A stretch of 64,000 nucleotides of DNA. It comes from Haliotis rufescens (lineage: Eukaryota). The notes under the pieces are model-generated. The model saw only the letters and a program-made list of their open reading frames with translations, was not told where the DNA came from and made no database searches. Of the stretch, positions 12,182-26,657 are shown in pieces; positions within the stretch are counted from its first letter, which is position 1, and the number at the start of each line of letters is the position of its first letter. A program made the position numbers and the translations under genes. Location: the NCBI RefSeq assembly GCF_023055435.1, contig NW_025963783.1:620001-684000 (forward strand), given 5' to 3'.

Positions 12182-14204
12182 GACTGGATGTGAATGTGTT
12201 TCTGTATGTATGTGGCTGCTTGTACTTAATTAATGCCGGTTTCATAGTGCTAGCCCACTGAAACACCATGCCGCATTTTAACAGGAAAAGTGAGTGAGTG
12301 AGTTAGGTGTAACATCGCTTTTAACATTATTCCAGTTATATCAGGCGTGTCTGCTTAATGTGGGAGGAAAGCCCGAAGTGATGCAGGCCTTAGACCTTTA
12401 CCACTTCGGTGAAACCCACGAGCATGGGTATGGTGCTGACAATCTTAGAAACATAATTGGGTCGAACCGGGATTCGAACCCACAATCATAGGTTTCTGAC
12501 GTGCCCAAAGGACGCAACTGTGCACAGCGAATCACGGCGCCTTAGACGACTGGGCCACGCGTGCCCATTTAACATGAATACCACACTCCGACACAATATA
12601 CTGACTCCAAGCCAACCAGTTCTTGTCTTAGCTCCTTAATGCCGCGGATGTGGCCGCGGATCGGACTACAGACCTTCTGTTGTCTGGGCAGTCGCTCTAT
12701 CCACTAGACTACGGAGACAGTCTCAGTTGCTATGAAAACATAAACATGACCAATGGTTATTGAGATAATGTCATGAGAATAATATATGTACCTAGATATT
12801 GTCAATGAAAGGCACCTGTCACGGTTTGCAAGACAGTCAGATGTTTGTAATTGAAGTATTGATTGATACATGTTAAGAAGAGCTGTAACCATGAACCTGA
12901 TGATCCAGTTTCAGTCCTGTACGTGTCACTAATAGTAATGTCAGAAAATGCTGTCCAATAGGAAGACAATGTACAATACAACAAACAGAAATTATACCTC
13001 GACACAGAAACAAAGAAAATACCCTTCACTATGATGTAGCACCAGACAACATACTTGCTCAGTAATCAAGAAAATACCTTTAGCTTCGTCAGATGTCTCC
13101 TCCAACCATTCTGCTGGACTGACTGTCTGTCTCGGTATTGTAAGAGGCGGGGCTGTACACTGACACAGGCTGCTCATAAACGCTCTCACACAACTAAGTG
13201 TATTGTGTACATAACGACTTTCTGAGCTAGTTGGTCACCATATGTTGCAATATCGATAGTTAATGCAGTATAACATTTGTAATGTGCATGTCTTTGTATG
13301 ACTGCACACATATTGCATCTGAGGCGATGTTTGGTGGGCGGAAGTGTTGTAATATGTCGAGAATTCAATCAAACTGAGTATTTACAAGTTCAATTTTTGA
13401 GTTCATGCAAAAGATTCCATTTTGCGAAAGGGTTTAAATGCTTTACCAAATATCCTGAAACAAAGGAATGCTAGTGGATGTTGAAGCACATGTTGTATCG
13501 TGTGAAGGTATGTATATTTCAATATTACAATTACTATAAGTTACAAACAGGGCCCATTCTCAGACATTAAGCTGATTAGCCGTTATATTGCTGAATTATT
13601 GTTCAAAGAGCAGTCAATAAAACTTAATGACGACATTATGATGTAGCTGCTTGTCTATCGGTTCAAATATTGATTTGTATTGTTCACGTCAGGTATCATG
13701 AGAATTGCAATATTTTTTATGACGTAATGCATTCTGGTGACCGAAAACATGAGTGTCGCTCATATCTCCACATGCAGTTTCATAAAAAAAACTCCTGCCA
13801 TCAATAGTAAGCTCAAAGAGGGTACAATTATTGAAAGACATAGACGTGTTTACAATTTACAAAAATGAACCCTTGTAAACCAAGGTGACCACAAGCTGCC
13901 TTTACATACTAGTACAACCCGTGTGGACGTGTATCACTTTCTGCATAGAGCATTGTTTGGACGATGTGTTTGCATTGATTTAGTTTGAACTTGTGTTTTT
14001 AATTTATTGCAATTTCATTTATAAATTTGTAAAGTTTGTTTTGGCCGCAGGTTTATATCACTGTTTAATGTAGAATAAATAACGTGTGGGGTGTGGTGTA
14101 TACTGTATAGCGTGTATATAATGTGCTGGTGAGTTTTACCAATTACAATGTCTACAAGTATTTCGTAATCCTAGTGTTTCAATGTTATCCTGTTTCACTG
14201 CCAG

Positions 14205-14341
14205 GGGCAACAGTACGTCACACGCTGCCGGCGACCTGTGTCGACAAGTGGAGCAACTGTGACTCCAACCCTCACTCGTGTGCGCCAGTGTGCAAAGACT
14301 GGGCGTCCGCCAACTGTGCCCGCTTCTGCAACTTGTGTTGA
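14205..14341 (+). CDS. ShKT-domain terminal exon, cassette 2 (orphan; extra Cys)
   Basis: Acceptor ttcactgccag, then GATVRHTLPATCVDKWSNCDSNPHSCAPVCKDWASANCARFCNLC*. Six-Cys ShKT spacing ending CxxxCxxC. Confidence 0.7.
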
Positions 14342-15817
14342 GCGTCTTGGAATCTGTACCGAGAAGATGAGGGACGCATGGAGTCTGCACTGCGAGATTT
14401 TGTTGCTGTAAACACATATTAAATGACAATGTCAGATGACATCAACATACGTCGAATATATTGCCTCCAAACAAGGCTATTATCAGAGAGTTGGCCTTTC
14501 TCTTTACTAATCTAGCTGGTAAACCAGGGATACTGTCTCAGTTAGAGCCCACGGTAGCCTTTATGAGTTTAGGGTAATTGGTTTCAACAGATTTACATTG
14601 ACCGCAGACACAGAGAAGATGAATTTGAATGAATGTTTTCTCAATTAGATTTGTAACAGCTGATCTCCTTCGGTATCAAGATTGATGAACGTACGTTACA
14701 CGCAGGACCAACATGGCTACAGAGGGGGAGGATGTTTTGGGCTGGGGCTGGGTTGAGGGGTATTGGGAGTAGTGTGTGTGTGTGTGTGTGTGGAGGGGAG
14801 GGGGGGGGGGGGTGTGTGTAGATGGGAGAGGGGGAAGGGAAACACTTTGCTCCAGTTTGTAATGGATACCCGCATGCAGTGTAATGAAACCCAACCAGTC
14901 ACTCCTTGTTTTATTCCCTAAACATCGAGCGCCAGGCAGGGAAACAACAAGTGTTATCTTTTAACGTGTTGTGCTATGATGCTGCCAAAGGATCGAAGGC
15001 TCAAAAGTTAGCTGTGCAGAGTTGCTGTGCGGAATTCCAGCTTTGCCTTGATTATGATGTTTTTGCTGCCCGCACCATGCCCGTGCCTGTAGTTTCCCCA
15101 CCTGTTTAACTGAAACAGCTTTCAAAGTTTACCAAAACTCACTCGCTGAAAGACTTTAACAGCGCTTAATTAACAGTATTTCAGTTACATCACGCCGGCA
15201 GAGTGTTTGTGGTCGGACTCGATGTAGTTAATAGACGTTTGCAACTGTGGTGAAACCCACGTGCACAGGTATGGTGCTGACAACCCTAGAAACAATCAGG
15301 GCGAATCTGTGATCCGAACTGACGACATCAGGCATGGTCTAAGGGAAGCAACTCTGCACAGTCTATTACGCGCCTTACACAACTGAGCTCCTAGTGGGGA
15401 ACTGAGCCAAACTATATGGAATCAAATATTCTTTACATTACTTTTGACTCATGTGATTCATGCATAGGAAATGTAGGATGATCATATAGGAATCGAATAA
15501 GTCAATTCTTTCAAATAGTTCAATAAATTACAGATACACTGATAAACAATAAATAGACGACAAAAACAAACATCAGGAAAACGAAACACTGTTGTGGATT
15601 ATACACTGGACGCGTCCCTGCATGTCAGTCGCTATCAGTGTTTCACCTGCAGTGACTAGGCTGGATACCAGTATGTGTGCATCAGATAACGCATAGCAGC
15701 TGACGGACCCGCCCCTCGACACAGTCGACATGGCGTCGGGCAGACTGGAAGAATGAGAAGTTAAAACTACTGACAATTAAAGGTAATGTAAGCATTGGCA
15801 ACATGGAAGTTTGTTTG

Positions 15818-15898
15818 ACGTCCCGTATATACTTGATCAGTGTGACGTCCCGTATATACTTGACGAGTGTGACGTCCTGTATATACTTGATCAGTGTG
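15818..15898. repeat. 27-bp VNTR, 3 units
   Basis: gacgtcccgtatatacttgatcagtgt repeated three times. Confidence 0.9.
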
Positions 15899-17039
15899 AC
15901 ATGCCACAGGTATATGGAAGGTGTGAAAATAGCTTCATACTTCCTGGTTGTACATGGTCGTATGGTCCCTGCGTGTGCTGTATTATAAGATTGAGTTATA
16001 GTGTCAGCAATATCGATCCAGATCCATTGTCAAAACTTGTTTTTATTTAAAGTAACAGATGCCAGTGTTATAACACTACACAGGCCCATCTATTCCTAGA
16101 ATAGAAGGGCGGATCAAGCATTTCTGGGGAGGGGTCCAACATATCCAAATCCTCATTCAGATAAGTTTACTGCCTACACAATTTGTTTTTAAAAGAAAGA
16201 GGAGGGGGACCTTGGGCACCCCCCACATCTCCCTGGGTCAGCCAATAGAATCAAAGGTTCTAATTTCGTTATGCAAATGTGCTGGAATGAGTCCATATAT
16301 AAGCATTTTACGGACGTTTCAACATGATTGAGCTGGCGGTGGTTCATGCATCGGGTGTTACACAATACTGAATACGGGTTGTTACAAGTTCTCAGAGCAT
16401 AACAAATGAACAAATATATTATTATGGATTCTGTGCAATATTTTGCAAAATTTGTTTACATGTCCATTGTGGTAAAACTAGTGATTTAGATACTATTTTC
16501 TGAACTAATTATACATTTTGACATCATTTGTTGCAACTTGTACGAAATCCAATTTCTCTCAAAATATTTGCACAATGCCACTTTCAATAATAAATCACGT
16601 GAGCTATAACGGAGTCCAGAAAAAGATAGCAAACTTATGTCAAATTACAATTAGAAGATAATGTTCTACTATTAAAGTAGTCTTGAATATGGTCCTGCAC
16701 CATGACTGTGGAATATATGTATTTTATAAAACCAAAACCTATCTAGTTTTATATAAAAACAGTTCTAGCCAACTCTCACAATCCCTATGAAATCAGCATC
16801 AGGAAAATTAATTGTTTTTATTGAAGAAGAGAGAAATGTTATGTGTAATAAAATATTACAAAAATGATGTATTAGTTTGTCTCAGTGTTAGTGTAGTAAT
16901 TGGCTTTGTTGGAGCTGGACGAGTCATTACTTAAAATTATGATGATAAATCTTTTACTTCACCTCAACTGAAAATATGTAATGCACAAAAGGGTCAAAAT
17001 CTAAAATTGTTTGTTCATAAATATGTTTTACTATTACAG

Positions 17040-19923
17040 ATGGCGATGCACAGGACATTGACAGACAATTTATTGACGTGCAGCATCTGCATGGACGTCT
17101 TTGATGACCCCTGTACACTTGTGTGTTATCACACATTTTGTCGGAAATGTGTCGTTAGCTACACTGAAACCAGACCAGAAGCCATCAGTGCCAAGTCTCT
17201 CCTCTGTCCATTCTGTCGTAAGATGACCAAAGTAGCCAATTCAAACAGGCCAGTTGAAGAGTGGGCACAGGAGGTGAAACCCAGCTTCTTGATTCAGGGT
17301 CTCATGGATTCCTTCGCTCCCTGCAGTCAAGGTATAAGTATACACCAGAGACCAAGGTGGTTGGACTTCCACTCAATCCATATAGTTTTAATTCATCTTC
17401 AACACAGGCAACAGTATTGTCCCATCTATGAGAGACTCGTTTTTGTCCTAACATTACTTGAATATCTCTGTCATTTCTTTCAGTGGCACACTATTAGACC
17501 TGCAGTCAATCCTGTAACATATTTTCTCGTTTGCTTCTGAGACAAATGATTGATTCTCATGATTTTGAAGTGAGGTAATTGACCTTGTCTGGTCACAATG
17601 CCATGTAATGTCAACGCCGTTATTATTGCATACGAACACAAAAATACATTTCTCAATTTATTGTTGTATCAACAGAATTTTGTTATTATCAAGTTCATAG
17701 ACTTATATTTTTAGTGACATTCTAACATGTCTTCGCAAGAATGACTTTTAAGCTTTAAAGACGAATGCTGCTTGCAGGGTTTTTTTATTACTAGTTGATA
17801 GGTACTGTATTTTTTAAACAGGTACTGTATTTTCTATGTTGGAAAACCAAAACGAACCAACCTAAACGTAAAATGTGTACTTGAGTATTCCAGTTATAGC
17901 ATCGCGTGTCAGTTTGATGAGTGTGGAAAACTCGATCCGATGTCAAATGTCACTTTGGTGAAACCCACGAGCACAAGAATGGTGCGGACATACCATGAAA
18001 CATAATGAGGGCGACTCTGGGATTTGAGGGATGCAGATATGCAGATTTAGAAGACTGCGCCACTGGTGCCCCTTAAATGGGTACTGATAAGGAAAGGATA
18101 AATGTCTTTATAAAGATGACGCAAACAGGTGGTCATTTATTCATATTGATAGGTTTTATATTCATGTGGAGCACTTTCTTCGTGCATCCTAACATAACCT
18201 ATATTTCTCTGTAAACAACATTAGATATAAACCATGTCAACATAATACATGTGTATATTTCTTTTTAGGAACAAATAACTGCAACTTATGTGATGATGAC
18301 GGGGAGGCAACTCTGGCTACATCTTGGTGTTCTGACTGTGACGTCTCGCTGTGTGGTGGATGTCTTAAGGCCCATGTTCGTAATCCTGCCTCCCGTCACC
18401 ATGACGTATCTGACTTGTCAAGGGATGTCAAGGTGAAGAAAAGACGCAAACCTATGTGTAAAGAACATCCAGATCAGAGGATTCAGTTCTGCTGCAAGGA
18501 ATGTAAGAAACTACAATGTCAATCGTGTTGCATCTTGTATCACAGAAAATGTGAGTCCATTGTCTCGCTTGAATCTGTGTTGCCTAAAATGCAAAACACT
18601 CTTCAAACTGTGAAACAGAAACTAGAGACTGATTTAGCAACATCAAACACTCGCCTTGCAAAGAAGGAAGCAAAATGTACTGAAATTAATGAGAACAAGT
18701 CAAGCCTTCAGTCTCAGGTCCGATCAGCAACCCACACCGCCATTGACTTGATAAAGAAGAAGGAAAGACAACTCCTGGAACAAATAGATGACGTCACAGA
18801 GAAACAAATAGGACAGATGAAAGGAGACATTAAGCGTGAGGAGATGGCCAGGCAGATGATTCGTCAACACTCGGAGTTGCTGGGCAGAGCTCTGGAGTCT
18901 GAGAGTGACGTGGTCATCTGTGAGATGTATCTGTGGAGTGAGTCGGAGGAGGCAGCCACTGTGTGTGTCCCGGAGTCAGGTATGGAGGATGTATCTGGGG
19001 GCAAGGCTTGTTTCATACACGATCGTCATCTGATGTGTGAGGAACTAAACGATCTACACTTGGGTGTGGTTGATATCATTGTTGGTGATGTTTTTGATTC
19101 TACATCTACAGCAGTTCTGTATGACACAGTGGACATACAGGCAGAAGATGATAAGAAGAAACCCAATGCTCTTGACGTGGCAGTGTTTGTTGTCGACAAC
19201 ACAGACACCATAGTTGTGACAGATTGTGACAACAAGTGTGTGAAATCCTTCTACAAAAGAAACAAGAAGTCATGTCAGAGTAAGCTGGGGGTACAAAGCG
19301 CTCCTCGATGTATTGCAAAATTAAACAATAATAAAATGGCTGTGACTCTCCATGGCACTAAGGAAATAATAATAGTAGAAGTGAAGCCTGAACTGGTTCT
19401 TCAATCATCCATCTCCACAAGGAAGGGGTACTACGGTCTGACATCCCTGACACCGACAACCCTGGCAGCAGGATCCGGGGATCCTCCCTGTGTGGACATC
19501 CTGGACATGACGGGGAATGTGTTGAGGACCCTGGATCCTGTCACAGATGGAGAGAGTCTTGCATCAGCTCCTTGGTTCCTCAGTACCACCAGGCAGGGTA
19601 ACATCCTCGTGTCTTACCTTGGATACGCTCACAGGGTCCTCTGTTTGACTCCTCATGGAGATGTTGTGTTCAGGTATCATCCTACACAGCAGTGGCCTTT
19701 CTTTGCTGGAATCACTGAAACCAACACAGGACATATCCTGGTTATAGATTACAATGCACAATGTGTGATTCAACTCAGCGCTTCTGGGACGTTTGTGAGG
19801 GAAGTCTTGACGTCACGTGATGGTATTACATCTCCGTATGGTCTCTACCTGTCTGAAAGTCAGCACCTGTATGTCATCGATGATGACTGTGTGAAGATCT
19901 ACAGTTTTACAGGAAACACCTAA
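17040..19923 (+). CDS. TRIM-A2: intact TRIM-NHL E3 ubiquitin ligase-like protein, 648 aa (RING, 2 B-boxes, coiled coil, NHL propeller)
   Basis: Exons 17040-17331 and 18269-19923 total 1947 nt with no internal stop. NHL blades show P.DVAV...IVVTD..NK and P.GL.....LYV.D motifs. Confidence 0.93.
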
Positions 19924-22519
19924 GATGTGGATGCATAACGATTGTACCTGATAGAATCCGTCACCATCTGAGTGACAATAGTTTATGTAAATATGAATTT
20001 CCAATACAAGTGAACAATCAGTCCAGACTGTCCGCCGAAACAGATTAAAATTTGACGTTAAGTGCAAAATAGTTGTGAAATTTATATGGATGGACCAGTG
20101 ATATTGAGTGATGATACCAGGTAGTCGCGAAAAGGGTAAGCATGTCCGACCCTATCGGTAGCACTCGACAATCACACAATTTACATGACAAAAGAAGTAT
20201 TTGTCCCTGACGCGGCACAGCTGTACTCGTATCGCGAGACGGCGACCTGTAAACAAACCAGACAATCAAGTGATCGATGAACCAGAATATCCAGTGACAC
20301 GTTAGTGCAGTAACTGATTTTGTTGAAACTAATGAAACCGATACGTTAAATATACCCTACGAATTAAATGCACCGATTCTGCTTCTTAAAAGAAAGAAGA
20401 ACGTTTAAGAACTATTATGAGAGGCAGTGGTTGGGGGATGCGTTTTTATTGTGCCCACACCAGGGGTTCGCGATGTTTGTGTCTGACATTGGTGTGGAGC
20501 TGTGAGACATCAATATGGTGAATGTGAATAATGAATGTACAGAACTGGAATTGTCACTCGTCACACAAATATTCCGTTATTAAATGTGCATGTATTACGT
20601 GTATATTTAAGTTAGCGGGGAGGGGAGGGCGGATTTTGGGTAAAAGCAAAGGTCACCAACAACGCGTGCCATGTTGGAGGCGACTTAATGGATAAGGTGA
20701 CCTGGTTAATTTGCACGTCATCGTATCCCAAATACATGGATCGATGCTCATGATGTCAGTCACTGGACTATCTGACCAGACTCGATTAATTACAGACCAC
20801 CCTCATATAGCTGGAATATTGCCGAGTGCTGCGACGAACAACAAACAAACAAAATCTGAGCGAATGTCTGTTCATCGACACCAACTACAACACTGCCGAC
20901 AAGCTGGTTAATTTACACATGCTTATAATCCCACGAAACAGTCGTGAATGCCATGGTTATCTATCAGAAGTATGGAAAATAGTTTACAGAACTACATCCG
21001 TTTCATCGACAGTATTAATACCTCGCCAAGGCTCTGAACTCACTATATACCTCTGGGGACAGATAACACGTACTTCTTCGTTGCCCAAAGGTTATTCCTC
21101 GAAATTATCAGTTTGTTTCAATCGGTAAAACGGTATATGATTGGCTACGGATGTGTCGTGAATTGCCAAAAGAATCCTATATAGCATATATGTCTCTGTT
21201 CTCGATATACTATTCTGCCTAGATCATACAAATATAAATGGCAAATGTTTCCGTATCTTATTTTTAACCGTTTATTTGGCGCAGAATAGACTTGTGATTA
21301 AGATTGCTAAACCTATAGATGCAAGTGCGACATCCGCGTAGAAGCAGGCTGTAGTTTCTCTAATGGCAGCTATGTTTCAATAAAAAAGTCATCAATTATA
21401 TATGACAATGTCCATTCTTTACTTTCACATTTGATTTACCCGGGGTATTTATGTTTATTGCTATATCTCAGATTCTGTTTTGTCTCTCAATGCGAGGTGT
21501 TATGGTTCAGTTTTCACCCGTGTTTTGTTGTCGGGAACACCAGTGACGTCATCAACTGTTGTAATGTTTGGCAGAGTAAGAGATGGGCTTTATACATTGT
21601 ATCCATGCGGGCACTAGGACCCATGCCTCTGGCGAGACAAGCCAAGCTTTAATTACTAGTCTACCCCTCCTTTACGACCAACCCCTCCCGCGCCTTCTGG
21701 AAGATCTGTGTTTGAATCTTCAGAAACCAATGCTTGTCGTATGAGGCCACACACGGGATCGGGTGGTCAGGCTCGCTGACTTGGTTGATGCATGTCACCG
21801 TATTCCAATCGATCGATGGTCACGATGTTAATCACTGGAACTTCAGACCGCGGTCTTGTAGCTTGAAGAGTGTTGAGTGCCGCGTTAATGAACCTACCGT
21901 CCAACCAACCAACAAACAGTAAACTGTAGAAATAAGTGACTGATATATTAAGGTGTAATGAAGAAATTAAGCTTTTCTCATTTTGACGTGACAGTTTGAC
22001 TCCGTTGGATACAGATTCGTGAGATTCACTCACTGGACCTACATACCGCCATCTTGTAGCTGGAAGAGTGTTGAGTGCGACGTTAATCAACCTACCGTCC
22101 AACCTGTCAGCCTCGTTTTATCCCCTTATTAAAGAAATGGAAGTAATCGAATCACGTCATAACAACCGAGCGATAAATGGCAAAAATAAACAACACTGTA
22201 AATATTATAGTTTTTATGCACATGTCAATACAAAAGGGGACACAGCTGAACAAAATGATTTTATTTTACCTTAGAAAAAAAATATTGTTTCGTAAACATA
22301 TTGTTTTATAACAATGCGCTTGCGTCCCCTGTGCATCTATCATTACCTCATCATCACGATCGAACACAGTCACAGTCATCGGACCACGGAAGTAGGAGTA
22401 AACACACCTACATTGGCTTCACACTGGTTGTGTTTCTCAATCACGTTATATAACTGAAACACTATTCAAAGTGAGATCTATACAAAATCATTCACTCGTT
22501 CATTCACCGAGATCACCCT

Positions 22520-24622
22520 TCATGTACATCTTGGTTTGGTGCGTGTTATAAACCTGTAGACCATCACACAGTGGCGGTTGGTGACGTACAGACGCCTCCG
22601 CTTATCAAAGTACAGGCCATAAGGGAAAGTGATGCCATCCCTTGACGTCAGAACGTCTCTCAACCAAGTGCCTGAACTACTCAAATGAACCACTTTGTTT
22701 GACATGTCGTCAACAACAAGCATGTCGCCTGTGTGTGTTCCTTTGATGCCTGTGGGTACATAATTTAACACAACATCTCCGTTTGGTGTCATACATAGGA
22801 CATGACTTCTTGGGGCATGACTGCATGACACTAGGATGTAACCTTGACTGGTGGTTTATAGGAATAAAGGATCTGATACAAGGGTTCCCCCATCTGTGAC
22901 ACGATTCAGCGTCCTCAACACATTCCCCGCCATGTCCAGGATGTCCACACAGGGAGGCGACCCGGATCCTGCTGCCAGGGTAGTCGATGTCAGGGCTGTC
23001 AGACCAAAGTACTTCTTCCTCGTTGAAACGTATGATTGAAGAACAAGGTCAGGGTTCACTTCAATCACTATTATCTCCCTTGTCTCGGGAAGGGTCACGG
23101 CCATGTGATGGGCATTAAGTTTTGCAATCCGCCGAGGGGAGCTCTGAACAGAGAGCTTACTCTGACAGGGTTGAGTATTGCGTGTGTAGAAGGATTTGAC
23201 GCACTTGTTGTTATTATCAGTTACAACTATGGTGTCTGTACCGCCTTCATTGAACACTGCCACGTCATAAACATGAGGTAAACTTGTCTCATCTTCTGTT
23301 TGTATGTCCACTGTGTCGTGCAGAACTGATGTCGATGTAGAATCAAACACATCTTCATATATGGTATCAATTTCACCAAGCTCACCTCGTGAATATTGTT
23401 ACAGATCTCTACACAATCATGCATAAAACATACTTTCTCTTTCAGTTCATATTTTATATCTGAATCTGGGCCGTATACTGTAGGAAACTCCTCTGACTCA
23501 TACCACAGGTACATCTCATAGATGTCCATTTCACTTCCAGACTCCAGAGCTCTGTCTATCATCACAGAGTGATGACTTATCATCTGCTTGGCCATCTCTT
23601 CAGACTTTATTTCAGTTTTCAATCGCTCGATCTGTTTCTCAGTGGCGTCATCCAATTGGTCCAGGAGTTGTCGTTCCTTCTTCATTGTGGCTTCTGTGAC
23701 TGTCTGGATTGTGGATCGGATCTGACACTGAACGGTGACTCTGTTCTTCATTACCTCAGTCCGTTTGGTTTCTAAATCCGTTAGCAAACTGTCTGTTGCT
23801 TGTAAATGAGACGCTAGTCTTTCCTTAACTCTTGTAACACAGCTGATCAGTTCTGGCATAACAGATTCAAACGGTAGAATTGCCTCACACTTTCTGTGAT
23901 ACAGGAACCAAAAGGATTGACATTGCAGTTTCTTACAATCTTTGCAGTAGAACTGCATGCTTTGATCTGGATATTGCTTACAGAATGGTTTGCGTTTTTG
24001 GTTGATTTTGACCTCTGTGGACAGGTCAGATACGTCATGGTGACGAGTGGCAGGAATACGTCTGTGAGCCTTCTGGCATCCCTCACAAAGACTGATGTCA
24101 CAGTCAGCACACCAAGCAGTGGCTGGAGGTGCCGCTCCTTTATCACTGCATAGGATGCACTTCGGGGTATCTGCAAGTATACATACAAATGTGTCAGTTA
24201 TTTTTCAACAATAGAACTATAATATTACGAAATAACCTTTAACCTTTCAATGTGCATACAAGGAATTCACAAACCAGGGATATAAGGAACGTAGCAATGT
24301 TAGGATGAGTTCAACACTGGTAGCCTATTCGGAAATACCTTATGTCTTGGGATTTAAAGAATCAGGGAGACCTTGACTCAAAAAGCTTGGTTTCACCTCC
24401 TGTGCCCACTCTTTAACTGGCCTGTTTGAGTTGCCTACTTTGGTTATCTTACGACAGAATGGACAGAGGAGAAACTTGGCACTGATGGCTTCTGGTCTGG
24501 TTTAAGTGTAGCTAACGGCACACTTCTTACAAAATCTTACACATAAGTGTACAGGGGTCATCAAGGACCATGCAGATGCTGCACGTCAGGAAGTTGTCTG
24601 TCAATTGTCAGTGCACTGCCAT
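22520..24622 (-). pseudogene. TRIM-B3; full-length but heavily disabled
   Basis: CGA>TGA at codon 5; upstream acceptor AG>CG; indels in the RING exon (24622-24339). Exon 2 (24170-22520) has CC>FW in B-box2, a frameshift at ~23375, a stop at 22856 and an in-frame deletion at ~22748. Confidence 0.92.
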
Positions 24623-25894
24623 CGAAAATGTTAAAATAACAATATTGGAATCATCAACTTAACATCATACACATTTTCATCTACAAGAACTCATTTTTGT
24701 TTGTGAATGGTATACACTGTATGTTTCATCAATAATGTACTCACAGAGAGTAGATATGGATACAAGATCGTTAAAGACATGAAGTAGTTTGTTGTGTGCT
24801 AATGTACCTCCAACACAAGTTCCTGTTCCAATGCCTATCAATGACAACAATCTTNNNNNNNNNNNNNNNNNNNNNNNNNNNNNNNNNNNNNNNNNNNNNN
24901 NNNNNNNNNNNNNNNNNNNNNNNNNNNNNNNNNNNNNNNNNNNNNNNNNNNNNNNNNNNNNNNNNNNNNNNNNNNNNNNNNNNNNNNNNNNNNNNNNNNN
25001 NNNNNNNNNNNNNNNNNNNNNNNNNNNNNNNNNNNNNNNNNNNNNNNNNNNNNNNNNNNNNNNNNNNNNNNNNGTGTGGCCGCTTGTACTTGATTAATGC
25101 CGGTTTCATAGTGCTAGCCCACTGAGACACCATGCCGCAGTTTAACATTCCTGAGGAATGACGGTTGATGGTTGGGGCAGGATTCGCCAGACTTTTCGCT
25201 AAGACCTTCCATCATCACAATAAAACACATGCTCCTGGTATAGTCATTTTTGCCGCGATTTCCTGTAAATATGGCAAGGTTGAGTCGCTTTTCCTTGCAG
25301 AGGGCAATCAGAACAAAAAACACTCATTGTCACATACCAGCCATATATATATTCACTAATTCAATAATTGAAATATGAAAACTCCCATCTTGACGATTTA
25401 AGCAACGACAGCACCGACGACGACCACAACACCACCTCCTCCCGTCTGTGAGGACAAACTATCAACACGCAGCATCCCTTAGTCTGCGCCAAGACTTGCC
25501 GCCTGTGTAGTAAGTCAGCTCACGACAATACTCTGATAATACTTGTATACATGTACATGTGGTTTCATGTGTGGATAATCATGTCAGTCTGGTCTGATTT
25601 CAGTATAAGTAAAATACAAATGTCCTAAGATGAGCTGTATAATTTACTCAACAGGTTTCATGAATGTGGTTTTCAGGAGTCAATGCTTAAAGTCTGGAGT
25701 CAATGAAGATAGTTCCTAGATTATGTAATAAGCCACATCTAAGACTGACATTACGGGTCAAGGTGGCTCGCACCTACAACTGATGTTGTAAAGCTAACGT
25801 CTTATGTATGTGATAATTGTCTCTCCACGTGAACTTCCTACCATTCTTTCACTGGCTTTCGTTCTATCTTTTTGTCTGTCTGTCTCTGTCCGTT

Positions 25895-25924
25895 TCTGTC
25901 TGTCTGTCTGTCTGTCTGTCTGCC

Positions 25925-25978
<54 letters not shown>
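25895..25978. repeat. (TGTC)n microsatellite; (CT)n at the equivalent site ~54940-55012
   Basis: Direct observation. Confidence 0.9.
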
Positions 25979-26493
25979 GCCCATCACTTCGGGCTTTCCT
26001 CCCACATTAAGCTGACACGTCGCGATATAACTGGAATACTGTTAAAAGCGGCGTTAAACCCAACTCACTCACTCACTCACTCACTCTCTCTCGCCCCATA
26101 TCCCACTCTCTCCACCTCTCCCCCCAATACCCCAATTTCTCTACTCAGGATCATTCTAAATGTCTACATGATTCCAATTCCAGACGAGACGACAGTGGCG
26201 GTAACACGACCAACAAGGGCATTTACTGGTAGGCATCCATTAAAGTCCAGTTCTGCTACTCCTTACATCAAATACTGACATATTATAAACTGACATTTTG
26301 TTCTCACACGAGGGATACGGGACGTCGGTATGTAGTGTGTAGTGTGTAGAAGATATAGTGCATTGTTTAATGTGTGTGGTGTGTGGTGTATGTTGTTTGG
26401 GGTGTAGTGTGTAGATATTGTGCTAAGTTGCAAAATGTGTGTGGTGTGTGATGTGGTTTGTAATGTGTATAGTTTGGGGTGTAGTGTGTATAT

Positions 26494-26657
26494 CTCCGAG
26501 CCGACCAGTCCTTGTTTTAGCCCCTGAACGCCGAGTGCCACGCAGAGTAACAACAAGTACCATCTTTTAACGTCTTTTGGTATGACGCGGCCGGGGATCG
26601 AAACCTGAACATTCCAGTCTCCTGGCTGACGCTCTACCACTAGACCACAGAGGCGAT
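26494..26657 (-). mobile_element. 5' half of the tRNA-derived SINE (also 55424-55587)
   Basis: Reverse complement shows A box tggtctagtgg, B box gtttcgatcc, then gtcataccaaaagacgttaaaagatggtac as in the 37 kb copy. Confidence 0.8.

Noticed and set aside
17040-19923. Assigning a vertebrate symbol (TRIM2/3/56/71)
   Set aside because: Lineage-specific expansion with no evident filamin domain; orthology cannot be established from the sequence alone.
25804-26278. Long LSVC/LS-repeat ORFs (also 54861-55199) and ORFs crossing N runs
   Set aside because: Artefacts of microsatellites and gaps; only the 45-nt linker exon inside is considered real.
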